Shown: positions 25,146 through 35,393 of the stretch, in pieces
Layout: every line of letters starts with the position of its first letter
Numbering within the stretch: the stretch's first letter is position 1
Virus record (IMG/VR): IMGVR_UViG_3300032212_000053
Span: 1-40,594 of that record
DNA: 40,594 nucleotides
Reading direction: 5' to 3' (one strand)
Source of the DNA: a virus
Taxonomy: Duplodnaviria; Caudoviricetes
Notes under the pieces: generated by a model
The model's input: only the letters and a program-made list of their open reading frames with translations
The model's database searches: none
What the model was told of the DNA's origin: nothing
Made by a program: the position numbers and the translations under genes

Positions 25146-26899
25146 TGAGTTTTGGGCCAGGATTAGGCGCTGCGGCGGCAAATGCTTTTGCTTCAGGCGT
25201 ACAAGGACAACAACAAGGTGTAGATAGAGGACAAGCTAGGGAACGTGCAGCATTGCAAAATCAAAAGCTTCAGCAAGATTTACAGGCAGGAGCCTACCAG
25301 CAGTCGTTACAAAAGTCTCCGGAACAAGTTGAAGCTGAAATGCAGATACTAGCAGAGCAAACAAAAAATATGCAGAATGAGCTAAATAAGAAGAAAGTGT
25401 TTAGTGCTTTTGATAACTGGGGAGGTGATACTGAACTTCTTAATAAAGAACTAGTTAATAATAAACAAATTAATAGCGCGTTATCAGCTGAATTACCTGG
25501 TTTTACTCAGATGTATAAAGTTAGAGATATTAATCTTAATTCTCCTGCTGATGAATTACGTTTACAAAGAGATAGTAAAGGTATTGTTACCTTAGAGCAA
25601 ATAAAAGCTATTCAAGAATCTCGTAGACAAATGATGAATATGACGGGTGAAGAGTTAAGACAGCAAGGGCTAAACCCAGATTTAGATGGTTTTAATAGAT
25701 TTGTTATGGTTGATGGTGTAGACCAAGAAGGAAATACAGTATCACAGGTAGTTGATATGATGTCAGTTTATGAAAGAACTGGATACCTGGGTGGTTTACA
25801 TGACCGTAGACAGAAGGAAGCATTAGAAGCGGCTAAGCGCGCGGCTGAGAAAGCTAAAGCAGCGACAGGTGGCTCAAGCAGAGCACTAACACAAGTTGAA
25901 GCTGATGAAAGAGACCGTAAAGCTGCTGTGGCTCGTGGAGATTTTCCAGCTGATGGTTCTTTAAAAGAATTTCAAGACCAGCAAAAAGAAGCCACTAGAG
26001 AAAAGATTAGCACTAAGAATCGTTTACAAAGAGCCAAGGAAGGTACTTACTATGAGCAGGAAGTTGATGAAGACGGAAATAAATTACCTTTAACATATGT
26101 ACAAGAAACCATGAGTAAGCGTGAAGGTGATTTTAGAGCGTCACTAACAGAAGTAGCTAAAAAGAATGCTGATAAAGAATTATCAGAAAATGAATTTACA
26201 ACTATTTTAAACAGAGCTAAGGATTTACAAGTTGATACCAAAGGTAACCCTGTAACACCAGATAAAAAATTACTTGATGAAGTAAATAATAAAACACGTG
26301 TCCTTCCTGGGTTCAAGCAATTGCTAGATAAGATACAAACACTTGATATGAGTAGAAGTGCTTTTGAAAAAGTAAAAACAGGCTTAGCTAAGTTAGGTGT
26401 ACATGGTAATTATAACGAAAAAGAAATGGCACAGTTCTTAAATAAGGTTAGCTTTGATGCGGAGTTACAGACACTAATGGCACAATTTGTTAAAGATATG
26501 TCTGGGGCTGCAGTTACAGAGCAAGAGAGAGCTATGTATTCTAAAACCATTGCTGGTGGTGACTGGGGAAATAAACAAGCTATGGAGGCTGCATTATCAG
26601 GATTTATAAATAGTCTTTCACAACAGCATGAAACAAACTTGGAGACTTTACACTCGGATGCTCCGGCAACCTACTTGATTAAACAAAGAGATTATGATAA
26701 ACAGTTAAATAAGTTCGCTAAAGTCGAAGGAGTGAACCAGACACGTGAAACACCTTCTAACATTCAAGAAGATGCTAAGCCAGCAGATGCTGCAGCCGCA
26801 TATAAAGAGTATGCAATGCAATATAAAGATGCTAAGCCTGGTACACCAGAATATGCTGAGAAGTTAAGACTTTTCAAAGCTATGAAAGAGAGTAAGTAA
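25145..26899 (+). CDS. Internal virion / ejection protein
   Basis: Helical; MSGAAVTEQE motif; position. Confidence 0.65.
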   Translation: MSFGPGLGAAAANAFASGVQGQQQGVDRGQARERAALQNQKLQQDLQAGAYQQSLQKSPEQVEAEMQILAEQTKNMQNELNKKKVFSAFDNWGGDTELLNKELVNNKQINSALSAELPGFTQMYKVRDINLNSPADELRLQRDSKGIVTLEQIKAIQESRRQMMNMTGEELRQQGLNPDLDGFNRFVMVDGVDQEGNTVSQVVDMMSVYERTGYLGGLHDRRQKEALEAAKRAAEKAKAATGGSSRALTQVEADERDRKAAVARGDFPADGSLKEFQDQQKEATREKISTKNRLQRAKEGTYYEQEVDEDGNKLPLTYVQETMSKREGDFRASLTEVAKKNADKELSENEFTTILNRAKDLQVDTKGNPVTPDKKLLDEVNNKTRVLPGFKQLLDKIQTLDMSRSAFEKVKTGLAKLGVHGNYNEKEMAQFLNKVSFDAELQTLMAQFVKDMSGAAVTEQERAMYSKTIAGGDWGNKQAMEAALSGFINSLSQQHETNLETLHSDAPATYLIKQRDYDKQLNKFAKVEGVNQTRETPSNIQEDAKPADAAAAYKEYAMQYKDAKPGTPEYAEKLRLFKAMKESK

Positions 26900-28731
26900 T
26901 GAAGACAGATATTAAAACATTACAAGATAGTTTTAAGCTAGGACATGATACTTTCTTGGAGTCTCGTAAAGAGGCTACAAGAGCTACAGATTACTTTCAT
27001 AATAGACAGTATGATTTGGACCAACTTAACACATTAGCTACTCGTGGACAACCTGCTGAGACATTCAATGTTATTAAGTTATTTAGTAGATTAACAATAG
27101 GTTATTACTCAACTATCCTTAACACTGTTAAAGTTGAGCCAGTTCAAATCAATGATATTAATACGGCAGCATTATTAAATGATGGTGTTGACCATATTAT
27201 GCGTAATAATAGTTTTGAGCATACTGGTGACGACCTTAAACTAGATGGTTTACTATCTGGTATTATGTGTTTACATGTTGATGTTGTTGAGACAGGTACT
27301 AAAGATAGCTTTGGAAGACCTATTAATCGTGTTAAGTTAGAGCAGGTAAACTCTGAAGAAGTTGTGCTAGACCCTATGAGTAGAAAGCGTGACTATAGTG
27401 ATGGTAGATTCTTACATAGATTTAGATGGCTAACCGAAGAGAAGGTTGAAGAACTATTTGGTACAGATAAGATGGAAGAGCTACAGGCTTTTGATAATCA
27501 TCTAAATACTAAAGAGTCTGAGTTTGCTAATAAGTATAACATTCAGTTCCAAGGTGAGTATAAAGTCTTCGATAACTATTTAGTAGTTCATACTGTTATC
27601 ACTGACAATGAGCAAAAAGTTTGGGAGATATTCTGGTCTGGTGATACTATCTTGTCAAAGAAAGAAGTGACATATAAAGATGTTAAACCTTATAGAGTTC
27701 AGAAGATTCATAACTCTAACAAATCAGAATACTACGGAATGTTTAGAGAAATTCTAGAGTCTCAAGATGCTATTAATCAAGCATTAATTAAGATTCAGCT
27801 TATGGCTAACTCTCAGAAAGCTTTTGTACAAACAGATGCTGTTGAGGACATGGATGAGTTTGTTGATGCGTTCAATAGAGTTACTGCAGTTATGGAAATG
27901 CAAAATATTAATGGTGTACGTATTGAGAACTTAACAAGAGAAGTAGCTGACCAGTATACAATTATCGACAAAGCTTTCGATCGTATCCAACAAGTACTAG
28001 GTATTAATGATAGCTTCTTAGGACAAGCTTTTGCCTCTGATAGCGGTCGTAAAGTTAAACTACAGCAGAACCAAACTATTATGTCACTTAGATACATTAC
28101 GTCACCATTGCAAGAAATGTACACAGGAATAGGTTGGGATTGTGTTAACCTTATGAAGCAGTATTACTATGCTAATCAGATACTAAGAATAGTTGATGAG
28201 TCTGTCGGTGAGCGCTGGATTGAGCTAAATCGTCCTGAGATGCAATTCTCTGGTAAGTATGACCCTTTAACTAGTGAACCTATTATGGTACCACTAATGG
28301 AAGAAGTATTAGACCCTGAGAATAATGAACCGCTTGAGCAGAATGGTGCTATAGTTGTTGCTCCGATTCCAACAGAAGATACAGACATAGCTTTCTCAAA
28401 TGTTGATATTACGATTGAAGTATCTGCTTATAATGATGAAGATGAGAAGAACCAACTATTTATGGAGACGTTCTTATCAGGTCCAGTAGGGCAGAACTTA
28501 AGCCAAGCTAATCCTGCAGGATACTTTAAAGCAGCTAGTTTAGGTATCAAGACTCTTAAAACTAGATATAGCCCAGAAATTTCAGCTATATTAGAACAGA
28601 CGTCTCAGATGCTTAGTCCGCAGATGCAACAGCAAATGCAAGCAGGTCAGTTACCTGGACAAAGCGGAGGACAACAAGCACCTAAGAGTGCTGAGTTGAA
28701 ACTCCCACAGAATACAAATGAAGGTGCATAG
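26899..28731 (+). CDS. Portal protein (P22-like)
   Basis: Y...QY....L..RGQP..TFN.I; DP.S...D.SD.RF; GIND..LG....SG; Gln-rich tail. Confidence 0.9.
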   Translation: MKTDIKTLQDSFKLGHDTFLESRKEATRATDYFHNRQYDLDQLNTLATRGQPAETFNVIKLFSRLTIGYYSTILNTVKVEPVQINDINTAALLNDGVDHIMRNNSFEHTGDDLKLDGLLSGIMCLHVDVVETGTKDSFGRPINRVKLEQVNSEEVVLDPMSRKRDYSDGRFLHRFRWLTEEKVEELFGTDKMEELQAFDNHLNTKESEFANKYNIQFQGEYKVFDNYLVVHTVITDNEQKVWEIFWSGDTILSKKEVTYKDVKPYRVQKIHNSNKSEYYGMFREILESQDAINQALIKIQLMANSQKAFVQTDAVEDMDEFVDAFNRVTAVMEMQNINGVRIENLTREVADQYTIIDKAFDRIQQVLGINDSFLGQAFASDSGRKVKLQQNQTIMSLRYITSPLQEMYTGIGWDCVNLMKQYYYANQILRIVDESVGERWIELNRPEMQFSGKYDPLTSEPIMVPLMEEVLDPENNEPLEQNGAIVVAPIPTEDTDIAFSNVDITIEVSAYNDEDEKNQLFMETFLSGPVGQNLSQANPAGYFKAASLGIKTLKTRYSPEISAILEQTSQMLSPQMQQQMQAGQLPGQSGGQQAPKSAELKLPQNTNEGA

Positions 28732-30996
28732 ATGACTTTAGAAGAAGAAATGGCAGCATACGATGCTGGCCTAGCAGATGAAATGTCTGCTTATGATATG
28801 GAGCAAGGTATCGAAACACCAAGCGCCGGCACTCCAACGGCACCTGTTGAGACTGATGCAGATTATGCTCCTGGTGGACAATTCGCAGCCCCTGTTATAG
28901 ATGAGAATACAGAAGTAGCACAACCAAAAGGTGTCACTGATTACCTAGGAGATATAGCTAACGCGCCTAGTGAAGTTGGCCAAGAGTTTGCAAAGTTCTT
29001 AGCTTATCCTATGATGCAAGGTAAAGAGAATGCTCCAGATGCTGGACAAGCTATTAGAGATACCTTGGCTACAGTTGGTGAAGGTGCAGCAGCAACAGCT
29101 CTAGGTGTGATTAAATCTGGTGCTGACTTAGTTGGGCTTCTTCCTAACGTTGACACTAGTGAGTTCTTAGATGATGAACTAAGTGTACTTAACACCGCTA
29201 TAGAAGACTATAAAACTAAATATAAGGTCGACGGTATTACTGCTGAAGACTTCGGTAGATTTTTACCTAGCTTAGCTACATTAGGTGCGAGTACATCAAG
29301 TAAATTAATAGTACCTATTATTGAAGGTTTATTAGTTACTGGTGAACAACGTGGTGCAGGCGCAAAGGCTGGTGAAGCTTTTATGACAGGAGCGTTGACA
29401 GCCGCAGGTACTGCAGGATTAGGTTTAATTCTAGATTCAATTCTTCCTCCTACTAAGAAAGCTTTACTTAAGTATTTACAAGAGGAACATGATATCTCTG
29501 ATACTGCAGCAGACCAAATGCTACTAAGATATAAAACACTAATGAAAGCTGACGATTCAGCAGATAGTAGAATTAAAGCTATTATCGATCAACTAGGTGG
29601 TGCAGAAGGTTATACATTAAAACATGCTGCTACAGAGCTTGGACCAAAAGCCGCGAAGTCTATTAGATTAGAGTCTTTAGGTCGTAAGAAGCTAATGAGA
29701 GATTTAGTTAAATCAAGCCAAGGTTTAGTTGGTAGAGCTTCAGTTGACCAGTTAAGTGCTTTTAGTAAAACACTACAGACTGCACAAAAAGGTTTACAAG
29801 ATTCTTACACTAGTATGAAGGCCTTAATGCCTGAGACACCTATTAAGAATACATTCGTTACTAATGCCTTAGACATTACCTCTACGTTAAAGACACTGGA
29901 TGGTGACTTTGTAAGTGCTTCAGCAAAAGAGACAGCGGGTGGGATTACTAAAGTGCGTACAGAAAATGCTAAAGGTATTGCAGAAACCTTAACTGAGAAG
30001 ACTAAAACAAAGCTGTCTGTTCCTGAGTTAGAAGAAGCTAAAACAGCTACAGGCTTTCTAAAGCAGTTACTAACGTCAGACGAGCTTACACCTAAAACAC
30101 TAGTTGAAGCTATTAGATTATCAAAAGATATAAGCCCAAACTTAGATGCTATTGGTAAAGCGTCAATGAAAAATCTTAGTAATGATTTAGAAAATGTTTT
30201 AAAAGCTAATATTAGTAAAGAACAGTATAGCTTATTTAAGAAAAATAAAAGTGACTATAGCCAAATGCTAGGTCTCAAGGACCATTACATCGGTAAGTCT
30301 TTAAATAATATTTATGACAAGAAACTGAACCCTAAAGGTACTCAGACTGCTGGTGAGGTTATGGAAGAGTTAAGAGCTATTAATCATTCTAGTGAAGGTG
30401 TTCTTAATAGTATCTATAAAGTAGCTGGAGGTTCTGCAGAAGAGAAATTTGAGCAGTCTTTAATAACTGATATGTTAGAAGAGAATGTTAAAGGTGGGTC
30501 ATCTACTTTTGTTAGCTTCGGTGAATTAAATGACGTTATTAAGAATAAAGGGTTTATTAGTAAGTATGGACAAAATTTCCAGAAACTAACTGATATAGCT
30601 TCTAAGAGTTTTGCCACTGATGATACAATTAAAGCTGCTTTATATAAGACACCTCACGCTACATTAGAACGTTTAGCTAGTGTGCAAGGTCAAGGTAAGA
30701 TGTGGTTAGTTGGTAGAATTTGGCCTCATATTGAAAAGAGATTTCCAACAGAAGCTGCTAAGCATGCTAGATATGGTGATGCTTTAAAAGCTATTATGTC
30801 TAAGCCTACATTTGCTAAGACTGCGCAAGAAGTTTTGGAGGAGTTACCAGAGTATGAGAAACAGCTAATTAGAGCTGATTTAAGTCAGAGTGTGAAAGAG
30901 TTCTTATCTACAGATGCTGCGAAGATGGGATTTGCAAGAAGCGTAGGTACTGCAGGTGCAGCAACGGTTGAAGCTACTCCATCTATAGGGCAGTAG
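28732..30996 (+). CDS. Large internal virion / ejection protein
   Basis: 754 aa helical, Ala/Gly hydrophobic patches; last late gene. Confidence 0.6.
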   Translation: MTLEEEMAAYDAGLADEMSAYDMEQGIETPSAGTPTAPVETDADYAPGGQFAAPVIDENTEVAQPKGVTDYLGDIANAPSEVGQEFAKFLAYPMMQGKENAPDAGQAIRDTLATVGEGAAATALGVIKSGADLVGLLPNVDTSEFLDDELSVLNTAIEDYKTKYKVDGITAEDFGRFLPSLATLGASTSSKLIVPIIEGLLVTGEQRGAGAKAGEAFMTGALTAAGTAGLGLILDSILPPTKKALLKYLQEEHDISDTAADQMLLRYKTLMKADDSADSRIKAIIDQLGGAEGYTLKHAATELGPKAAKSIRLESLGRKKLMRDLVKSSQGLVGRASVDQLSAFSKTLQTAQKGLQDSYTSMKALMPETPIKNTFVTNALDITSTLKTLDGDFVSASAKETAGGITKVRTENAKGIAETLTEKTKTKLSVPELEEAKTATGFLKQLLTSDELTPKTLVEAIRLSKDISPNLDAIGKASMKNLSNDLENVLKANISKEQYSLFKKNKSDYSQMLGLKDHYIGKSLNNIYDKKLNPKGTQTAGEVMEELRAINHSSEGVLNSIYKVAGGSAEEKFEQSLITDMLEENVKGGSSTFVSFGELNDVIKNKGFISKYGQNFQKLTDIASKSFATDDTIKAALYKTPHATLERLASVQGQGKMWLVGRIWPHIEKRFPTEAAKHARYGDALKAIMSKPTFAKTAQEVLEELPEYEKQLIRADLSQSVKEFLSTDAAKMGFARSVGTAGAATVEATPSIGQ

Positions 30997-32239
30997 CTTC
31001 ATAAGTACTATTATTAAAGTCTTGCTTCTTAGAGACTTTCTTATATACTTGGCTTGAAATAGCTTTCTTGACAAGTATATGATGAACCTCTAACGACTCA
31101 CTTCCTTCAGTATTAATAATACGGTCGCGACGCTGTATAAACTTAGCACCAGAATAGTCGCTACTAAGTATAACAAAACTTTTAAGATGAGATAAATCAA
31201 CACCTTCGGCATGAGCACTAGAGCTATATAGCTTAGCATGCTTAAAATGTTTTTCAAGTAGTTTACGCTCACCAACGAAGTGGCACATAATTCCTGTAGT
31301 TTCTTCATCTCCAAACGTTTCCTTTATATAATCTATCTTTTCAGTATTGCCTAATTCGATATACTCATCATCAATCTTAGCTATTCCAGACTCCATCATA
31401 TGTAACGATGTTCTTAGCTTCATAGTTGTATCACAAACTAAAGTATATTCATCTTCAGAATTGATAGCCATTACTTTAAGTATGTTATCTTTTTGTAGTT
31501 GATTATAACCTAGTTTAGTATTCTTACTAAGTTCAACATAATGCTCAACATCTTTAGCTTGTAGAGCCTTATCAATGCCAGCATCTTCTTGTGTCATATA
31601 AATAGTAAAGCTATCTATAATAGGCATAAGTTCTGGCTTTGCTCTTTCATATTGAGGCATGTCTCTGCCTTGTACCTTAATATAATACTTGTCTCCATAC
31701 TGCCTATGGAAGTCGTAGAAGTTGCGATGTTTGAACGGAGTGTATTTAGATATTGCCATCTGATGATAGATACCACAAGGACTTTCAACGACAGCTGTTC
31801 CACTTAAATGGATATGGGGTAGATTAGCACATAGCTCTTGTATCTTCTGGATTCTAATAGAAGGCTTACCAAGAACACCTAAGTTATGAGATTCATCTAT
31901 AATAACTAGTTGATAGTCTTCAGGATTAATCTTAAGTTTATAAACCATTTTACCAGACTTCAACTTAGTACGTTTCATAATCTGCTCATAGTTAATAACA
32001 GTATAATCATGTTGTAGATTAAGTGAAGGTTCTTGTGTAAACTTTTCCCAACCACCAATAGCAGCCTTCTTAGTTAGTACTAGAACCTTATCAACTTTCT
32101 GTGAGTGCTCAGCAGCTAAGATAGCTGTGAGAGTTTTACCACTACGAGGTTTACCTGCTAGATACGAATATCCTCTTTGCTTTAGCATATCAAATACTAA
32201 AGCAGCGAATTTAACTTGATGTGGTTTAGGAGTAATCAT
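30983..32239 (-). CDS. SF2 (SNF2-like) helicase
   Basis: GKPRSGKT, NYE, IIDESH, LSGT, EGVDL, Q...RI. Confidence 0.88.
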   Translation of the reverse strand: MITPKPHQVKFAALVFDMLKQRGYSYLAGKPRSGKTLTAILAAEHSQKVDKVLVLTKKAAIGGWEKFTQEPSLNLQHDYTVINYEQIMKRTKLKSGKMVYKLKINPEDYQLVIIDESHNLGVLGKPSIRIQKIQELCANLPHIHLSGTAVVESPCGIYHQMAISKYTPFKHRNFYDFHRQYGDKYYIKVQGRDMPQYERAKPELMPIIDSFTIYMTQEDAGIDKALQAKDVEHYVELSKNTKLGYNQLQKDNILKVMAINSEDEYTLVCDTTMKLRTSLHMMESGIAKIDDEYIELGNTEKIDYIKETFGDEETTGIMCHFVGERKLLEKHFKHAKLYSSSAHAEGVDLSHLKSFVILSSDYSGAKFIQRRDRIINTEGSESLEVHHILVKKAISSQVYKKVSKKQDFNNSTYEATAL

Positions 32240-32529
32240 AGTTTTGCGATTTGCTCGCCAAGTTCTTTATGAAAAGCTTTAAGAGTAGCAATAGCTTTCT
32301 CATTAACTTCTTTGAAGTCTTCTTCATCATAATTAACTACTAGGTTAAAAGGTTTAACATCAATGTAAACCGAACAGTTTCTATCCATCTCAAAATCAAT
32401 AACGTCTTGGTCTGAATGTCTTGTGTGTCTAAATGAAAACAGTTCTAGCTGTTCCATAATGCCTTCTGGTGTATCTGACTCAATACCAGTATCTTTTGTT
32501 GTTAGTGTTTTATTTTCTTCTAAGCTCAT
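32236..32529 (-). CDS. Hypothetical protein, 97 aa
   Basis: Coupled ORF. Confidence 0.65.
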   Translation of the reverse strand: MSLEENKTLTTKDTGIESDTPEGIMEQLELFSFRHTRHSDQDVIDFEMDRNCSVYIDVKPFNLVVNYDEEDFKEVNEKAIATLKAFHKELGEQIAKL

Positions 32530-32800
32530 CTAAATCCCCCAGGAATGGTTTAACTTGTGTTTCAGACCACATCACTTCTGAGTGGCCACCTATATCTTCT
32601 ATCGTATCTAAGTGGTGTCTTTGTAATGGCGTAACATTCTCCTTAGTTGAAGGACGTTTAACCTCAACGGCGAAGAACATGCCTCTATAGCAACCTATTA
32701 AATCAGGAATACCTTTCTTAGTATAGATACCATTAACTATATAACAGCCTTCTTTCTCAAAGGCTTTAATAATTTTAGATTGTATTTTCTGCTCTGACAT
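32510..32800 (-). CDS. VRR-NUC nuclease / Holliday junction resolvase
   Basis: E..IQ..I, GIPDL, AVEVK, LQ. Confidence 0.9.
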   Translation of the reverse strand: MSEQKIQSKIIKAFEKEGCYIVNGIYTKKGIPDLIGCYRGMFFAVEVKRPSTKENVTPLQRHHLDTIEDIGGHSEVMWSETQVKPFLGDLDELRRK

Positions 32801-33036
32801 TATGCAAAGTCTTTACAAGTAAAATCAGCTTCAATCCAGCCATGGTTATTAGGAGCTATACAGCGTAAACCTTTAGCACCTTTGTCTGTAGAGAATGCAC
32901 AGTCTGCACAAGTACCTTGAGTAACTTCTACCTTCTCTGGCCCAGTAACTTCTTTCTTTGTGGGTTTATTACCCAAACCTAGGATTTTCTTTAGTTGTAA
33001 AACTACTAAGTTCCACGCTACTATTAAACTTTGCAT
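32800..33036 (-). CDS. Small Cys-rich protein
   Basis: CADC...C...C..F. Confidence 0.65.
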   Translation of the reverse strand: MQSLIVAWNLVVLQLKKILGLGNKPTKKEVTGPEKVEVTQGTCADCAFSTDKGAKGLRCIAPNNHGWIEADFTCKDFA

Positions 33037-33923
33037 TAATCTATCTCCGATATCAATTTGTCATCTCTTATTTGAAGAAATGTTGGTTGTATATATGTTG
33101 CCATGATTTGTTCGTACTCAATCTCAACAACACTGCCTATGAAACGTAAAGGTAAGTTTGTTCTATCTGCATCAGATAAACCAGAACCAACACTAACGCG
33201 TCTACCTCTCTTATCACGTAAAACAAGAGCACCGATTAAGCCTTCATACTTACCTTCACCTGGTACAGTATCAATACATTCTAAGTCAACTGTTTTACGA
33301 TACTTTAGTTTAATGCTGTAATTTACACGCTTACCTGGTAAATAAGGCTCATAGGGTGAAGACAGCATAGCTCCTTCCCAACCATTATTTACCAGCCCCT
33401 TAGCAATCTCTTTAGCTTCAGCTCCTGTGACAAGCTGTGTCTCAATTACTTTTGTATATGTAGTTGAGTGTAAAACTAGCCTAGCTGCTGATAGCCGGCG
33501 TTCATAAAGCATATCTAAATCTAGGTCACCTTCATCAATATCTATGTAGTCAAAGACTTGAATATTAGAAAACCTTTCATCACCAGCATAGTTTACTAAA
33601 CCTTTTGCAAAGCTTGTTCTATATGTAGTTAAGATAGCTGAGTTTCTTCTATCTCCTAGTTGACCTAAACTATTGTGCATAAATTCTGCGATTAATACAT
33701 AGCTACCTTTTGTTTTTGCTTTAAGGTCTTCAGCTACACCAAGAATACAAAACTGTTTCCAGTCTGAGGTATACATAGTTACTTCATCTTCTTCTTTAAC
33801 AATGAAGATTTGGTTACCATCATACTTAGTAGATAATAAAAACTTATCTGTATCAAAGGTAGCTAATGCTTTCTTAGGTAGCTTATCGAAAGCCTTACCT
33901 TTTTGCGGCTTAAACTGTTTCAT
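33036..33923 (-). CDS. ATP-dependent DNA ligase
   Basis: KYDG, VFD, EGAML, KLK, VGSGLSD, P.F..IR.DK. Confidence 0.92.
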   Translation of the reverse strand: MKQFKPQKGKAFDKLPKKALATFDTDKFLLSTKYDGNQIFIVKEEDEVTMYTSDWKQFCILGVAEDLKAKTKGSYVLIAEFMHNSLGQLGDRRNSAILTTYRTSFAKGLVNYAGDERFSNIQVFDYIDIDEGDLDLDMLYERRLSAARLVLHSTTYTKVIETQLVTGAEAKEIAKGLVNNGWEGAMLSSPYEPYLPGKRVNYSIKLKYRKTVDLECIDTVPGEGKYEGLIGALVLRDKRGRRVSVGSGLSDADRTNLPLRFIGSVVEIEYEQIMATYIQPTFLQIRDDKLISEID

Positions 33924-34455
33924 TATTTATTACCAAAACCATGTAATCTAGTGAGCACCCAAAGAAGTGATTAATAGGATAGCGTTCTTGAACTTTCATC
34001 GGAATTACTAACTCTCTTTGTGAGTTATCACTTAACATTACCATGAATGTATCAGGTATAAATGAATGCTTTGTTTCTATAGTTATAATAGTAGGCTCAG
34101 GACATTGCTGCTTCTCAAACTCTATCTTTTGCTGTTCATAGGTAGGGTCAGTATTTTTAATAAAGTTACCATTAGCATTTAAGAAGCCTTGTCTGTCTTT
34201 AATATCATCCCAAGCTTTACTACCACATTCAGCTAGGGAATGTCCTTTAAGTGCAGCGATATTAGTTAGTACTACAAAACAATCTCCAATATCATCTTTA
34301 ACATCTTTATCCTTAGCTAAGTTATCTGCTAATTCTCCAAGCTCACTCATTAGTTTTAAACATTGAGTAATAGCATTACCGTTTGTTAAGATACCTTTGT
34401 CATGTGACCATTCCAGTATTTTTATGTTTAATTGTTCTAGTGTATATTGTTTCAT
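33910..34455 (-). CDS. MazG-like nucleotide pyrophosphohydrolase with C-terminal extension
   Basis: Q.LKL.SE.GEL, DDIGD..V.L, A...IKDR.G...NG.FIK. Confidence 0.88.
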   Translation of the reverse strand: MKQYTLEQLNIKILEWSHDKGILTNGNAITQCLKLMSELGELADNLAKDKDVKDDIGDCFVVLTNIAALKGHSLAECGSKAWDDIKDRQGFLNANGNFIKNTDPTYEQQKIEFEKQQCPEPTIITIETKHSFIPDTFMVMLSDNSQRELVIPMKVQERYPINHFFGCSLDYMVLVINNETV

Positions 34456-34679
34456 TTTGTTTTCTCCAATTCGTATTTTAGGTTCTCTTTCCCAAAAGGG
34501 TGAAGAACAACTCCAACTTTTTCAAAGACTCTAAGAGCAACAGTGAGGCTAGCATTATAGCTATGTTCTTTCTTATAAGCCGATAGCATGCTATCACTTA
34601 TCCCAAGAAACTTAGCTATTTCTTTGCTTGTATCAAAGTCACATGCAAGCTCTTTAATATAGTCATGAATAAATTTCAT
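34452..34679 (-). CDS. Helix-turn-helix DNA-binding protein
   Basis: SKEIAKFLGISDSMLSAYK. Confidence 0.75.
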   Translation of the reverse strand: MKFIHDYIKELACDFDTSKEIAKFLGISDSMLSAYKKEHSYNASLTVALRVFEKVGVVLHPFGKENLKYELEKTK

Positions 34680-34711
34680 TTATAACCTTTATAAGATTTT
34701 ATTATATCTCC

Positions 34712-34790
34712 TATATGGACTTTTATCATCAACTAATATCATAATATAGGTTAATCGATAAAAGTCTCATATGGGTAAGATATGGGACTA
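34712..34790. repeat. ~79 bp imperfect palindromic element, copy 2, abutting a minus-strand TATAAT (34701-34706)
   Basis: GACTTTTATC (34718-34727) / GATAAAAGTC (34757-34766); aligns with 1085-1162. Confidence 0.7.
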
Positions 34791-35393
34791 ATTTTTGATA
34801 TTTAACGCAATCAAAAATGATACATTTGTCAGAGCATGTGCAAGGTGAGGTAAGCCCGATTCTTCATCTACCTCTTCACCACTTCTCCAAGCTTCCAGGT
34901 GACGATACAGTGCATCAATATAGCGAGTTGCATCATCAACTTCTCTCCAGTTGTTTGGTTTGTATTTCTTAGCTCCGTAAGTTAATACCTCTGCTAAGGC
35001 TTTAGTAGCCTCTGGTGGAATTAAGCCATAACGAAGCTTACCAGTATCAAACTTCATGAACTGCTCAGATACTATCACATTGTCAATGCCGGCTCCTATA
35101 ATAGCAGTAGCACAATTGTCACAAGGCTTATGTGTTACATAGATAGTATGCGGCTTCTTTTTAGTATTGCCTAAGTTTTGAATAGCAGCAACTTCAGCGT
35201 GAATAACATAAGGGAAAGTCTTACCATTATTATCTTCACAATTACCATCGTTTAGTACTTCTGGATTATAGTTAGTTCCAGAGCTTAGAATTCCACCGCA
35301 GTTATCAACAATAACAGCAGCAACTTTACGCTTCTTACATGAGCAATGCTTTAGCGTCTGGTCTAAAACATCTTGAATCTCTTTAGGTATCAT
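34788..35393 (-). CDS. dCMP deaminase fused to a DUF5664 (dATP/dGTP diphosphohydrolase-like) domain
   Basis: HAE and PCDNC; KFD.GK.RY.LIP...GAKKY..NNW...D.ESGLPHL.HA. Confidence 0.88.
   Translation of the reverse strand: MIPKEIQDVLDQTLKHCSCKKRKVAAVIVDNCGGILSSGTNYNPEVLNDGNCEDNNGKTFPYVIHAEVAAIQNLGNTKKKPHTIYVTHKPCDNCATAIIGAGIDNVIVSEQFMKFDTGKLRYGLIPPEATKALAEVLTYGAKKYKPNNWREVDDATRYIDALYRHLEAWRSGEEVDEESGLPHLAHALTNVSFLIALNIKN

Noticed and set aside
34452-34679. Lysogeny repressor / temperate lifestyle
   Set aside because: No integrase, partition genes or CI peptidase domain seen
33910-35393. 2-aminoadenine (Z) genome system suggested by MazG and DUF5664
   Set aside because: No PurZ/adenylosuccinate synthetase homologue or HD-domain dATPase seen
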